Source: Macrostomum lignano (lineage: Eukaryota). From it: a stretch of 64,000 nucleotides of DNA. The first letter of the stretch is position 1. The number at the start of each line of letters is the position of its first letter. Both the position numbers and the translations under genes were made by a program. Of the stretch, positions 33,625 to 44,957 are shown piece by piece. The DNA lies in NCBI GenBank assembly GCA_002269645.1, contig NIVC01000758.1, forward strand, positions 186,001-250,000. Reading direction: 5' to 3'. The notes beneath the pieces are model-generated. The model was not told the origin of the DNA. It searched no databases and worked only from the letters and a program-made list of their open reading frames with translations.

Positions 33625-34200
33625 TTAGTTCCCGATCCTTAGCTCCCGATCCTTAGCTCCCGATCCTTAGCTCCCGATCCTTAGCTCCCGATCCTTAGCT
33701 CCCGATCCTTAGCTCCCGATCCTTAGCTCCCGATCCTTAGCTCCCGATCCTTAGCTCCCGATCCTTAGCTCCCGATCCTTAGCTCCCGATCCTTAGCTCC
33801 CGATCCTTAGCTCCCGATCCTTAGCTCCCGATCCTTAGCTCCCAATCCTTAGCTCCCGATCCTTAGCTCCCGATCCTTAGCTCTCGATCCTTAGCTCCCG
33901 ATCCTTAGCTCCCAATTCTTAGCTCCCGATCCTTAGCTCTCGATCCTTAGCTCCCGATCCTTAGCTCCCAATTCTTAGCTCCCGATCCTTAGCTTCCAAT
34001 CCTTAGCTCCCGATCCTTAGCTCCCGATCCTTAGCTCCCGATCCTTAGCTCCCGATCCTTAGCTCCCGATCCTTAGCTCCCAATTCTTAGCTCCCGATCC
34101 TTAGCTTCCGATCCTTAGCTTCCGATCCTTAGCTCCCGATCCTTAGCTCCCAATCCTTAGCTCCCGATCCTTAGCTCCCAATCCTTAGCTCTCGAGCCCT
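33625..34200. repeat. 14-bp minisatellite (CCTTAGCTCCCGAT)n
   Basis: Direct tandem units 3' of the EF-hand gene. Confidence 0.92.
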
Positions 34201-34389
34201 GAGCTACCAAGCTATTTCATAAATTACGGACAGATTTTTATCAATTCTGTTTCACATGCCTTTTGCTCTACTAAGTAAGTAGGCTACTTTGGGTAGAGCT
34301 ATAATTTATTGAATATTGGTTTTTTCATCGAGCTCGTAAAAAAATCGTTCGCACTCGCCACTTGCTACTCATAAAAATCTCGGGCCCGA

Positions 34390-37300
34390 TTAGGGTGACT
34401 CGGCCACGTCCAGCAGCTGCATGACAAACTCCTGGTAGTTGACCCGGCCGTCCAAGTCCAAGTCGAACTCGGTCAGTAGGATGAACAGGTCGTCTTCGGA
34501 CAGCCGGAAGCCGCAGCTCTGCACCACGCGGCGCAGCTCCGCCTCGGTCAGGTGGCCCGTCTTCTGCGCGTCGAACTTGCGGAATGCCAGCAGGAGGCTC
34601 TTCCACTCGGATAGCAGCTGGTGGGGTGTCGGAGATTGGCTTCAGCTTGCACTTTAATTTTATTGCTGTGCACTTTATAAGTTGTACTTTTCGGTAAAAC
34701 ACACTGTGTATTTATAGCGATCGCATGCACTCTAGTGCCAGTAATTTGCACTTTAATTCAGATGAGGTTTCAAACCTCATTTTCGAAAACTTTTAGTTCG
34801 GTGTCGATTACTTGTACTTTACCGACTTTAACTTGTAATTTACTGTGTTTAACTTGTACTTTAGTGTCCATAACTTGTACTTTACTGTCCATAACTTGTA
34901 CTTTACTGTCTATAACTTGTACTTTACTGTCTATAACTTGTACTTTACTGTCTATAACTTGTACTTTACTGTCTTACGTGTACTTTAATATTAAAGCAAA
35001 ATTAAATGTCCATAAATTTTACAATTCTTGAATAATTGTTTTTTGTTCGTCATTATCACAATTCACCGCTCACCTTCTCCCGCATTCGCTCAACGATTTC
35101 TTCAACTCGAACTCTGGCGCCAGTTTTCTGCAACAGGAGCCGGCATCCAACAATTAGCGGCAATGATCTGATACATCAAACAGTAAAAATATTGTCAGCT
35201 GTCAGCAGTGTCTGACCTTGTCGCTGAGCACTGCTCCAGTTCGCTCGTCAGCCTTCTTGACGAATCGCTTCAGAAAGTCCAAATAGTTGAAGCTGGAGAT
35301 GGGGATGGGGCTGGTGAGCGAAATTCGCATCAAATCAATAAAAAAACTCTTCTTTTTTCTTACCGGCCGTTGCCTCTGGGCTCAAATTTCTTAGAAAGCG
35401 TGTCGATTTCTGTTGGGGTCAGCGGCAGCTTGAACTCCTGCACCAGGGCCTGCGGATGCGTGTGGGGATTGGCTCTGCTTTGCTGATAGTCAATTGGACT
35501 ATGAGAAGTAGGTACTGAGAAGTAGACACTGGGAAGTAAAAATCTGAGAAGTAGAATCTGAGAAGTAGGTACTGAGAAGTAGACACTGGGAAGTAAAAAT
35601 CTGAGAAGTAGAATCTGAGAAGTAGAATCTGAGAAGTAGAATCTGAGAAGTAGAATCTGAGAAGTAGAATCTGAGAAGTAGAATCTGAGAAGTAGAATCT
35701 GAGAAGTAGAATCTGAGAAGTAGAATCTGAGAAGTAGAATCTGAGAAGTAGACACTGGGAAGTAGAATCTGAGAAGTAGAATCTGAGAAGTAGAATCTGA
35801 GAAGTAGAATCTGAGAAGTAGAATCTGAGAAGTAGAATCTGAGAAGTAGAATCTGAGAAGTAGAATCTGAGAAGTAGAATCTGAGAAGTAGGTACTGAGA
35901 AGTAGACACTGGGAAGTAGAATCTGAGAAGTAGAATCTGAGAAGTAGAATCTGAGAAGTAGAATCTGAGAAGTAGAATCTGAGAAGTAGAATCTGAGAAG
36001 TAGAATCTGAGAAGTAGAATCTGAGAAGTAGAATCTGAGAAGTAGGTACTGAGAAGTAGACACTGGGAAGTAGAATCTGAGAAGTAGAATCTGAGAAGTA
36101 GAATCTGAGAAGTAGAATCTGAGAAGTAGGTACTGAGAAGTAGACACTGGGAAGTAGAGTCTGAGAAGTAGAATCTGAGAAGTAGAATCTGAGAAGTAGA
36201 ATCTGAGAAGTAGGTACTGAGAAGTAGACACTGGGAAGTAGAATCTGAGAAGTAGAATCTGAGAAGTAGAATCTGAGAAGTAGAATCTGAAAAGTAGAAT
36301 CTGAGAAGTAGAATCTGAAAAGTAGAATCTGAGAAGTAGACACTGAGAAAGGCTTGGACTGCATACTTACCCGAAACTCTGCCCTCTGAATGTGAGAGGT
36401 GCCCTGGGGATCGAGGTGCCTCAGCACTCGCTTCAGCTCGTCCCAGTTTTCCACGACCACCAGGCGGCACTTGTCAATCAGGGCGTCGGCTCGCAGATCG
36501 ACAACCTCCTGGGGTGTCGACAAGCGAGCGGCCGGCTGGGCCCGCGACGGCTGCGTGGCTCGCTGCTGATTGGCTGCCCGCCACTGCCTGAGGCGGGTCA
36601 CGTTGGGGTCGGCGGTTTGACCTGCAGAGAAAGAGAAAGAGTTCTCAATTTGGAAATTAGTTCGCACCGATCGGCTTCTTATTGGTTGAAGTACGCAGAG
36701 AAACTTTTAGCCCTTGGCGATCTCTGATTGGCTGATATGGGATACAGGGGCAGAGAGCCTTTTAGCTCTTGGGAATCTCTGATTGGCTGATATGGGATAC
36801 AGGTGCAGAGAGCCTTTTAGCTTTTGGGGATCTCTGATAGGCTGATATGGAATACAGGGGCAGAGAGCCTTTTAGCTGTTGGCGATCTCTGATTGGCTGA
36901 TATGGGATACAGGGGCAGAGAGCCTTTTAGCTCTTGGCAAACTCTGATTGGATGATGCGGGATGACGTCATACACTGGAAACTCACAGCGCCACCCGTTT
37001 CTGCCACCGTTGGTAGTCCGAAGCCGCTCCTGCGTTCGCTCGTGCAGGTTAGTCATGAAGTAGCGCACCATCTGCCTGTAAGTCCAGCCGCCCTGAACGT
37101 CAGTGTCCAGCGTGGACCACAGGGTGTCCAGCTCCGAGTCTGTCAGGGTCACGCTGGCTCTGAAAGTTCGGGGAAGAGTTGAGGCTAAGTGACTCACTTT
37201 GGTTGGTAGAATGATTTATTAAGTGCATCATAGAGTGACTTATCAATCGCACCATAGAGTGACTCATCAATTGTATTATAAAGTGACTCCATGAATCGGA

Positions 37301-40300
37301 CAACAGAGTGACTCATCAATCGCATCATCGAATGACTCATCAATCGCATCATAGAGTGACCCAACAATCGCATCATAGAATGACTCATCAATCGCATCAT
37401 AGAGTGACTCATCACTCGCATTATAAAGTGACTCCATGAACCGGACAACAGAGTGACTCATCCATCGCATCATAGAGTGACTCATCCATCGCATCATAGA
37501 GTGACTCATCCATCGCATCATAGAGTGACTCATCAATCGCATCATAGAGTGACTCATCAATCGCATCATAGAGTGACTCATCCATCGCATCATAGAGTGA
37601 CTCATCAATCGCATCATAGAGTGACTCATCAATCGCATCATAGAGTGACTCATCAATCGCATCATAGAGTGACTCATCAATCGCATCATAGAGTGACTCA
37701 TCCCGCAAATCCCAGAACTGTCACTCACGCGCCCAGCAGGCTCCGGAACTGAGCCTTGCTCAGCCGGCCCGTGTTCCGCCGGTCCATCTGCTTGTACAGC
37801 TTGTCCACCTGGTGGAACCGGTGACGCAGGGTGTCCTCCACCAGCAGGCTGGTCTCACTGACCGGTCGGTCACCCCGCCGGGTCGCCAGACGGTCCTGCG
37901 CTGTCGCCGCCTCCTCCTGCGCCGCTCTGGACAGCCGCAGCTCCTCGAGGGCGGCGGCGGCGGAGCCTGCCGACACGGAAGCCGACTGCGGGCGGAGCGG
38001 CGTGGGCGGCCGCGAGATGCGGACTCGACCGGCTGCGGCATCCCGGTTCCAGGAGTTCGGCCTGCGGGAGGCGGGCGACAGAGATGCCGGATCTACTTCC
38101 GTGTTTCGGATCTACAGCTAGATCTAGTTCCTCATTGGGATCTACAGCTTGATCTAGTTCCTCGTTTAGATCTACAGCTTGATCTAGTTCCTCATTGGGA
38201 TCTACAGCTAGATCTAGTTCCTCATTTAGATCGACAGCTAGATCTAGTTCCCAACCAGAACCCCAGCTCACGAAATGTGGAACAGCTCCAGGAAGGCCCT
38301 GTACGGCACGGCACCGCTGCGATTCCTGGAAATCTTGGCCAGCACTTCGTCCAGCTGAGCATCGCCGAGTTCGTCTTCGGGCAGCAGCCGCCGAAGCACC
38401 GAGCGGAAGGCGGCCTCAGTGATGATGCCCGACTTTTTCTGGTCGTGACGACTGCGGACACGAGCGGGGAGCAGGGGTGCCAGGATATTTTTGAAGGCCG
38501 AAAATAACCTATATAATCAAAAAAGTGCTCACAGGAATCCGAAGTACATCTGCAGGTAGTCCCGGTGGAAAAACCGCAGCAGCTGCAGCTCCAGCTGGTA
38601 GGGCGTCAGCGGCGCGCTGCTGGGGGTGAAGGTCTCGTCCAGGCTGGAGTGTGGGTCGCGGATCTTTGAGTCCCGTCTCAGCCAGTCCAATCTCAGCCAG
38701 TCCCATCTCAGCCAATTCTATCTAAGCCAGTCCCATCTAAGCCAGTCCCATCTCAGTCAGTCCAATCTCAGCCAGTCCCATCTCAGCCAGTCCCATCTCA
38801 GCCAGTCGCATCTCAGCCAGTCGCATCTCAGCCAGTCCCATCTCAGCCAATTCTATCTAAGCCAGTCCCATCTCAGCCAGTCCCATCTCAGCCAGTCCCA
38901 TCTAAGCCAGTCCCATCTCAGCCAGTCCCATCTCAGCCAGTCCCATCTCAGCCAGTCCCATCTCAGCCAGTCCCATCTCAGCCAGTCCCATCTCAGCCAG
39001 TCCCATCTCAACCAATCCCATCTCAGCCAATCCCATCTCAGCCAGTCCCATCTCAGCCAGTCCCATCTCAGCCAGTCCCATCTCAGCCAGTCCCATCTCA
39101 GCCAGTCCCATCTCAGCCAGTCCCATCTCAGCCAGTCCCATCTCAGCCAGTCCCATCTCAGCCAGTCCCATCTCAGCCAGTCCCATCTCAGCCAGTCCCA
39201 TCTCAGCCAGTCCCATCCCAGCCAGTCCCATCTCAGCCAGTCCCATCTCAGCCAGTCCCATCTCAGCCAGTCCCATCTCAGCCAGTCCCATCTCAGCCAG
39301 TCCCATCTCAGCCAGTCCCATCTCAGCCAGTCCCATCCCAGCCAGTCCCATCTCAGCCAGTCCCATCTCAGCCAGTCCCATCTCAACCAATCCCATCTCA
39401 GCCAGTCCCATCTCAGCCAATCCCATCTCAGCCATTCCCATCTCAGCCAGTCTTATCTTAGTCAGTCCCATCTCAGCCAGTCCCATCTCAGCAGGCTCAA
39501 ACCCCTGTGCTCACCCCACAGGCGACCTGTCAGACAGCAGGTATTTGTGCAGCAGCGAGTTGGGGCCCCTGGCGTTGAGGCGGTCCAGCAGCTCCGTGTA
39601 GCTCAGGGTGCCCCTGGCTGATCGCATGCTGAACCTCTGCTGAAACTGCTCCAGGTCCGAGATCCGGGTCTCGAATCCGAACTGTTGCAAGATGCTCTGG
39701 AAGGTCGTCAGCGAGGCGTATCCGTCTTGCAGCGCGTCGCAGTGCCTGAAGGTCACCAGCATGGCGTTGTAGGCCTCGTCAAACTGAAAGGGAAAGTTCC
39801 AGAAATCGTGCGCTGCGACGTCTACTGCCAGTAGCCTTGTAGATTTATGCAACAGATTCTGAGCCAATCAAATCTCTGAGCCAATCAAATCTCTGAACCA
39901 ATAAAATCCCTGAACCAATCAAATCTCTGAACCAATCAAATCCCTGAACCAATCAAATCCCTGAACCAATCAAATCCCTGAACCAATCGAATCCCTGAAC
40001 CAATCAATTCCCTGAGCCAATCAAATCTCTGAGCCACTCAAATCCTTAAACCAATCCAATCCCTGAACCAATCAAAGCCACTCACAATGTAGAACAGGTT
40101 ATCCATGAAGTGCTCAAACAGCGGTCGCCTCTGCCGCAGCATCTCGTAGCGCCGCAGGTAGCGCAGCTCCTCGGCGTAATCGGCGAGTTCTGCCTCCCGG
40201 CGGCTGCTGGCCGGCGTTGGCGGCTTCCGCAGCGCAGCGGCGTCGTCCTGTCGTTAAAAAACGATACGCGCTCATTTTACTGATAGTAGAGCGAGTGTAA

Positions 40301-42836
40301 TATTAGTATTGAAACTTTAGGCAGCAGCAAACTACAAATTAAAGTAAAAAATACGAAGTTTTTTGCCATCTGCCTACTCAAAGTAGCAATTCAGGCATGC
40401 CAGTAATAAAGCGACTCAGGCTCACCTGCTGAACAATGTTGTCGCGAAAGATGTTGAAAATGACCTGCAGAAGAGGATTTGAAGGCGGTTGCAATTTGGA
40501 AAATGAGTTTCCTCGTAATGCCAGCAGTTCGCTGCGCGAATGAGTGCAGATTGCTCACCTCAACGTTCACGTTAGCTTCGTTCTTTGTCGCCGCGGCCCC
40601 GGTGCCGCCGAGGTCGCGCTGGCCGGCGCGCCTGGAAGTCTGCATGGCGGGCACCGTCCGGGAGCGGACTGGCGCGGCCGGCTGCGCCTCCAGCATGAAC
40701 TGCTTGGCGCTGAGGCCCAGCATCCCGAGCAGCTGGTAGGTGCTTACCGCCCCCGTGCCCTGCGTGTCGATTCTGAGTTGGCAGGGGAAGCGGGTCACGT
40801 GATCTCCCAGGTGCAACGCCCAGCCACTCCCCAGTGTCTGCACGGCACGGCACACTCAGAGGAAGTCAGTGTGAGAAATTTTTGCAATGTGATTTTTTGT
40901 TTTGGTTCAGCAGGTTCAGCTCACCGAAGTTAAAGCAAGGAGAAGTTTATGGAGTCCCTGATTTCTGATGGACGTCTGGGAAAGTTCAGGTGACGAACTG
41001 TCAGACTACATTTCAGAACCCGATTTTAACCTCTGACTACTTATAAACCTTTCTGACATATCTAAATAAATCTCTCAGATAAAAATACATACCAACTGAC
41101 AATTTTATACATCCCCACACCCCTGTCACACCGCTGACACACCTGTCGAATCACTGACACACCTGTCGAATCTTTGACACACCTATCGAATCTTTGACAC
41201 ACCTATCGAATCTTTGACACACCTATCGAATCTTTGACACACCTGTCGAATCTTTGACACACCTATCGAATCTTTGACACACCTGTCGAATCTTTGACAT
41301 ACCTGTCGAATCTTTGACACACCTATCGAATCCCTGACACACCTGTCGAATTACTGACACACCTGTCGAATCCCTGACATATCTTTCGAATCTCTGACAC
41401 ATCTTTGACACACATATCGAATCTTTGACACACCTATCGAATCTTTGACACACCTATCGAATCTTTGACGCACCTATCGAATCACTGACACACCTGTCGA
41501 ATCCCTGACACATTTTTTCGAATCCCTGACACATCTGTCGAATATCTGACACATCTGTTGAATCCTGACACACCTGTCGAATCTCTGACACACCTGTCGA
41601 ATTCCTGACACACCAACCAACCTCTGACTTCCAGGCCCCGGTCTCACCTGTCCCAGAACTTGTCAAACTCGGAGGCAGCCATGGGCACCCCGAGGCCGTG
41701 GCGCAGCGCTCGCCACAGCTGCGGCTTGAGCACCAGGCCGCCGGGCTCGAAGCAGGCCTCGGGCAGCAGGTCCCGGGGATCGAATCCGCCCGCCTGGGCC
41801 TCCTGTCTGAGCAGTGAAAAAACGCGCGCGGCGCCGATCGGTTTGAGCAGGGCGCCATCGCGCTCGGCAGTCTGGCGCTGCTGGAGACGGTCGAGCCTGC
41901 CGCAGGCGGCTTTGAATTCACCGAACGACACCGTCTGCTGCTCGTCAAGACCGAGTCGGTCCAGCAGCCGGTGGAACTGGTCGATGCGGATGTGGCCGCA
42001 CACCGTGTTCAGGATTTTCAGCAGGCCGTTGCTGTGAGATTTTTTGTTTGATTTATAGACGGTGCTTGAGTCATAGACGGTGCTTGAGTCATAGATGGTG
42101 TTTGAGTCATAGACGGTGCTTGAGTCATAGATGGTGTTTGAGTCATAGACGGTGCTTGAGTCATAGATGGTGTTTGAGTCATAGACGGTGCTTGAGTCAT
42201 AGATGGTGTTTGAGTCATAGATGGCGTTTAAGTCATAGAGGGTGCTTGAGTCTCAGATGATGAGAGGCTTGAGAGGGTGAGAGGGTGAGAGAGTGAGAGG
42301 TTGAGAAGGTAAGAGGGTGATAGGGTGACTCACCGGTGCACGCGGCCATTCCTGGCAGGGTCCGAGGCCTTGAACATGCTCTCAATGGCGAACTGCTCCC
42401 TGCGCAGCTTTTCACGGACCATGTACTCGATCTGGAGGGGGGTTGAAAGCAACAAAAGCATTTGTCTTGTAAAGCTAAAAGTACAAACACAAGTACAATC
42501 ATCACAGGAATTGGAGCCGAACCTCAGAATCCGAGACCATTTCGTCGTTGACTCTCTTCTGTCGGAGTCGGTTGTCCAAACTCTCTGGAATAAGGGAGGG
42601 GAGAGTTCGAGCCTCTCGTTTTAACTACTGATTGTCAAAAGTAGTTAATCAAAGGTGAGATAGATTGAAACCTCACCGAATTGCAGGCTCCGCGTGACGC
42701 CGCCCGACTCGTTGAAGTCGAACTCAAAGCTGCCGTGCATGTCGATGCGGGCGGTGCGGTTCCCGTTGGCGGTCACGGCAGCGCGGCCGGTGCGGCCTGC
42801 TCGCTGATTGGCTGGCGGCCTTGGCGGGTAGGACAT
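34390..42836 (-). CDS. EFCAB6: Multi-EF-hand calcium-binding protein, EFCAB6-like (~969 aa, 17 exons)
   Basis: Exons (minus): 42836-42677, ~42614-42523 (acceptor uncertain), 42431-42334, 42031-41648, 40772-40559, 40464-40426, 40247-40086, 39783-39515, 38643-38533, 38451-38272, 38061-37729, 37159-36987, 36621-36371, 35449-35364, 35292-35217, 35127-35074, 34617-34390. Phases are consistent. Repeated EF-hand pairs include WDELKRVLRHLDPQGTSHIQRAEF...KFEPRGNGRFNYLDFL and WKSLLLAFRKFDAQKTGHLTEAEL...FDLDLDGRVNYQEF, matching the EFCAB6 C-terminal pattern. Confidence 0.82.
34835..34975. repeat. 21-bp repeat (TAACTTGTACTTTACTGTCTA)n in an EFCAB6 intron
   Basis: Direct tandem units. Confidence 0.8.
35500..36350. 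repeat. 14-bp minisatellite (CTGAGAAGTAGAAT)n in an EFCAB6 intron
   Basis: Direct tandem units with periodic variants. Confidence 0.92.
36720..36952. repeat. 55-bp tandem repeat (~4 copies) in an EFCAB6 intron
   Basis: CTCTGAT[T/A]GGCTGATATGG recurs at 36722, 36777, 36832 and 36887. Confidence 0.85.
37190..37702. repeat. 24-bp minisatellite (GAGTGACTCATCAATCGCATCATA)n in an EFCAB6 intron
   Basis: Direct tandem units, most containing TGACTCA. Confidence 0.9.
38108..38252. repeat. 30-bp tandem repeat in an EFCAB6 intron
   Basis: GATCTACAGCT.GATCTAGTTCCTC... about 5 copies. Confidence 0.85.
38675..39492. repeat. 15-bp minisatellite (CCATCTCAGCCAGTC)n in an EFCAB6 intron
   Basis: Direct tandem units. 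Confidence 0.92.
39855..40075. repeat. 17-bp repeat (CCAATCAAATCCCTGAA)n in an EFCAB6 intron
   Basis: Direct tandem units. Confidence 0.85.
41130..41612. repeat. 20-bp minisatellite (TGACACACCT[A/G]TCGAATCTT)n in an EFCAB6 intron
   Basis: Direct tandem units. Confidence 0.9.
42052..42255. repeat. 18-bp repeat (GTCATAGA[C/T]GGTG[C/T]TTGA)n in an EFCAB6 intron
   Basis: Direct tandem units; TGAGTCA spans each junction. Confidence 0.88.
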
Positions 42837-44957
42837 GGCTGCGGGACGGAATTTGCTGACTCATGCTTTTGGCGGGCTTCGGCGACCACAAAATGGATGA
42901 GAATTTTTGTGCTGCATAATCAAAGAGTGTAATCATACCCAATTTGAAAGTCCAATACATCTTATGCAAAACTATGTAGAAAGTGCTGATCAACTTAGAG
43001 TAATCTAACTTATATTGAAATTTTTTAAATAAAATTATACTTTAAAAACTACTCAAAACTTACTTACTCTGTTCAGCTGACTGTAAAGTTAAAAATATAT
43101 AATTAATTAATGTCTGTTTAGAAATTTTCTGAGGCAAGTTACTCAGCTAGATATTATAATAAAGTTGAATAAGTAGAATTTTGCGTAAAAAGGTTCAATA
43201 ACTTCATTATTACCTACTTAAAAAAAGGCCAAAATTCCTTGAAAAGCATCTTTTCTACCATACTTTCGTTAGCAAGATAAAAAAGGTCAGAAGCATCAAC
43301 TCTTGTCATCTCTTTAAACTAACCTTTTCAATACTCTCTTTTAAATAGATATTCATCAAGTATCAAAAATATAATTATTTAATTAAAATCTAAAATTATT
43401 TTTTCGAATGAACAGGGAGAAAGAGTATACAAAACATATTATATAGAAAAAAATACTGGACAAACGCGTTTTATATAAGTGTTTACTCTTTCTTCCCTTG
43501 GAATCAGATATATAAAAATGAGATAGACCTGCCACGAACTAAAAATGATTGCTAGAATTTATACACCAATTCAACATCATCAACTCAAATTGATTTTTTC
43601 TGATACATAACATTTCCTACTTCTATTTGTAAGTTGTAACGTATTAAAAATTGTGTAAACACTTTTTCATCCTAATTCTACTGGACTACTTTTATAAGGC
43701 ATAAGCTTAACATCATGAAAAGTTATATATTACTGATGCTTTTTAAAGAAAACTAAAAAAACAGTCAATGAGTTTTTGTCACCGACAAAGGCGTATGAAT
43801 GAAAAATTATCGTAGTTTGAACCAGTTAAATGTTGCATGCGTACCAATGTATACATTTTTTTATTGTTAATTTCTCTTTAAAAACAATAATAATAAACAT
43901 AGTTTATTAAACTGTCAGTATAAAAGTGTTGCCTACAACTATCCGTTAGTGTTTTGCGATACATTTTGTTTTTATAAAAGAAATTAAACAGTTAAAACAA
44001 AGCTAAAACAGTTTAGTTTTATCTATCTTACTTTTCTGAAATAAAAAATAACGTTTGCATTTTTTGTTTTTGTTCAACTCATAAATTCTAACTGGTTAGC
44101 ATGACTACGTCCTAAATCATGTATACAACAGCAAAATATAACTTCCCGATTCCAGAACAAATTACTTCTCTTAATACATTTCTTCAGCTACATTCCTCTA
44201 GTCTAGGCTAGCAGCTCTCCTATTTGCATAGATTGCATTTGTATACCTAAAATATCCTATAGTTTGAAATCAATCTGTTTTAGAATATACGGTCGTTCTC
44301 GATTTTGGTATTAGTGCGACCAAATCAATAATGGAACGTAAAATTTGTGTAACGAGCATGAGTTTATGTTCATCGTACTTTAAGTATTATCAAAATAGAA
44401 ACACAGAACCATAAAATTATTATAGATAGCTATTCTGGCAATTTTAGTTATAAAAATTTAACAAGGGCTTTAATGAATTTATTTTGCCTAGAAATGCATC
44501 AAATTTTGTTCCAAAACCGAACTTATGACTATTATGGCTTGATAATCCATAATTGATATTTTAGCTTAATTGTAGATTGGATTGTACCTACAATCCCTGA
44601 AATAGGTTTTTTAAATTAATGAAATTTTTTTGAAACTGTCCACGAGATTAATAACTTCTTATACCCAGATTTTTATTGAATTTTTACCTTGAGTGAATCA
44701 AAATGTATTTATGGAAATATTTATATCATGTATCCCAGTTAATCCTAAAAAGGCATCAACTGGCGCTAAGCGAATGCTTCAACTATAAATTTTTAGTAAA
44801 ATAGAAAATTGTTTGTAGAAACTATTATTTTCATTTTTCTAATAATAAATGGAAAATCCAAAAAACCCATAAAATTTCTCAGTTTAGAGTGTCCCATTTT
44901 GCATATAAAAATCGTCGCTTGATTTTCAGCCTTTTTGACAAAAACAGCTCGAGCTCC

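Noticed and set aside
33625-34200. CCTTAG-containing array as interstitial telomeric repeat
   Set aside because: The unit is 14 bp (CCTTAGCTCCCGAT), not TTAGGG/CCCTAA.
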